A stretch of 63,915 bases of DNA, the filler included, from Rhabdomonas costata (lineage: Eukaryota): NCBI GenBank assembly GCA_019059605.1. It is 48 parts of 48 records of this genome, joined end to end, with 100 filler letters (N's around TTAATTAATTAA, not from the genome) between each part and the next. Parts side by side here need not be neighbours in the genome. Positions count along the whole stretch, not along the records: positions 61,350 to 62,582 come from JAHMHO010022598.1; positions 62,683 to 63,915 come from JAHMHO010022599.1; 46 more parts are not named here. One strand, 5' to 3'. A program made the translations under genes and the position numbers. Below the pieces are notes generated by a model, which was not told the origin of the DNA, did no database searches, and was given only the letters and a program-made list of their open reading frames with translations. Of this stretch, positions 62,256 to 63,915 are shown piece by piece (position 1 is the stretch's first letter; each line of letters opens with the position of its first letter).

Positions 62256-62789
62256 CTGCGCGCCGAAGGCAGAAAGAATATAGCAGGCAAATAACGACCA
62301 TTAATTTCTAACGTCCTACCCATCCGGAGGTGCAATGCCATCGAGCGCGGAAGCATGACGCTGGGAGATGAGCCAAAGCTAGTGGGTGAACCCCTTTCGC
62401 CTGCTCCTTTACTCACTCACCTCTTTTGGCATGGCTCATCTGCTCCCATCACCTGCTCCCAGCACAATGCTGTTATCCATCTGAACAACAACCCCTGCAG
62501 CCAACCTGCCAGTATCACTTATTGGCAACATGTATGTATTTGTGAAGGTTTTTTTTACCGTAAACGGGAAAACAACCAACACNNNNNNNNNNNNNNNNNN
62601 NNNNNNNNNNNNNNNNNNNNNNNNNNTTAATTAATTAANNNNNNNNNNNNNNNNNNNNNNNNNNNNNNNNNNNNNNNNNNNNGGTTGGTTGGATGGTGGT
62701 GGGTGGGGGTGGGTCCCGTCGATACATCAATCCGTGACATATCAAGTTGAGATGAGAGAGGTATCCCAATTGTGCAGACGATCGCAAAC

Positions 62790-63490
62790 CTCGAACTCTC
62801 TGTGGGCTGCCGCCAAGCGCTTTTCAGGGTGCTTATCAGAGCCCACAGTAGCGCTGTCCATCAAGGACAGTGCCTGATCGAGGCCCGTGGCCAATTCCAC
62901 TGCAAGAAAGGCAAATCGACATCTCGAAAAAAAAATACACAAAAAAAGCAAGAGCTGACGAAACAACGGAATCCGCACCGTCCCCGCCAACACGGTTCGG
63001 ATTTTCCATCGGAAGAGCAACGACAGCTTCCTTGGAAGATTTCTTTGCACTGTAAGAGCAAGAACACCCCCCGCCCCGTTTGCAGAAGTCCCGATCATCC
63101 CTGCAACAACTGAAACCCAACCATAGTGGCTGCGGTGGTAACGGACTACCTTGACATTCCCTGCTGGATCTGGTACAGGGTCATCCGAGCGGGAACTTCC
63201 GCTTTCCCACCCAAGGTGGCTTTCTCTTCCTCTTCCAGTTTCTTCAGCTCTGCACTTCTTTGGAGCTTGCTCTGCCTCGCAGACTCGATGTCTTTCTGCA
63301 CAAAACAAAAGACGTCTCTCCCTGCAGAATGCAGGTGCAGGAGAAACCAAAGAGGGAAAGGGAGACAAACCTGTCGCTGCAACGATTTGAGAGCTTTCTT
63401 ATCAGTTTCAGCCCACTCCGCGTCTTCTTTTTGTTTTCGTTGACGCTCGTGGGCTTCATCTTTGGCTGCCTGTTTCCGCTCCCGTGCTTC
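62790..63490 (-). CDS. CCDC124: CCDC124/Lso2 ribosome-binding protein, four exons (63490-63371, 63295-~63150, ~63049-62980, ~62899-62790)
   Basis: EARERK...EDAEWAETDK, LEEEE..LGGK, ENPNR, GLDQALS..DKHPEKRLAAA..EFE; GT-AG introns. Confidence 0.88.
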
Positions 63491-63915
63491 CTGAAAGGAC
63501 ATTAAAGGATGTGACAGCCCAAAGAACCCCAGTACCCACTATTTACACAAAGAGAGGTAAGGGGGTGCAGGGAGCCAGCCCCCATTGCACGGGCCTTCTG
63601 CCAGCTCCACTCTTCAAGGAAAAGTTCTACTCTTCCCCAAGCCCAACGCACGTTAGTTTGGGTGCGAGGCTGTAACTCGCCCCCCCCCCACCTCAAGCAA
63701 GCGGTCCTCACCCACCACCAAGAAGTACCGCGGGGCAGGTACCCCCATGGCCCTGTGGGGGGACAAGCTCAACCAAGAGTACGAAGATTATCGCCGAGCC
63801 TCCACGGCGAGCAAAAGGAAGATGTGGAGGAGCTGGACCCCCAAGGAGAAGGGCCTGGTGTACGTGGTGAGCAAGCAGACCTTCAAGGCAGAACAGAAGC
63901 AGTGGAGAGGCCAGC

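Noticed and set aside
1-63915. Any operon, gene cluster or defence system inferred from neighbouring genes
   Set aside because: Neighbours are independent, apparently size-sorted contigs, so adjacency is arbitrary.

Overview
This is not a continuous locus. It is 48 unrelated contigs of about 1.23 kb each (1231-1246 bp), joined by 47 artificial 100-bp spacers (44 N + TTAATTAATTAA + 44 N), so adjacency across spacers has no biological meaning. The DNA is from an intron-rich eukaryote with GC3-rich exons, GT-AG/GC-AG introns, microsatellites and decayed transposons. A euglenozoan, probably a euglenid, is my inference from a VP39-like cap methyltransferase, frequent GTGTG donors and the transposon mix; it is not proven. 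Most ORFs in the supplied track are spurious, and the real genes are exon fragments that I reassembled by hand using splice phase. All family calls come from remembered motifs, not database searches. Recognisable fragments: claudin-like protein, citrate lyase alpha subunit (citF), PPCS, GT-D glycosyltransferase, delta-COP, ARF GTPase, ANF-receptor-like domain, Stealth protein, HID1, gamma-glutamyl hydrolase, RPA1, cap 2'-O-MTase, microbial-type PARG, TrmH, IP3 receptor, SulP, mitochondrial carrier, CLC and CCDC124. Transposon relics: Merlin, Ty3/gypsy and RLE non-LTR. Most interesting: (1) an intron-containing bacterial-type citF; (2) a 225-260 bp repeat found three times, with covarying stem-loops; (3) a contig closing into a 1106-bp loop; (4) two GC-AG introns with the same AAG|GCGTG donor.
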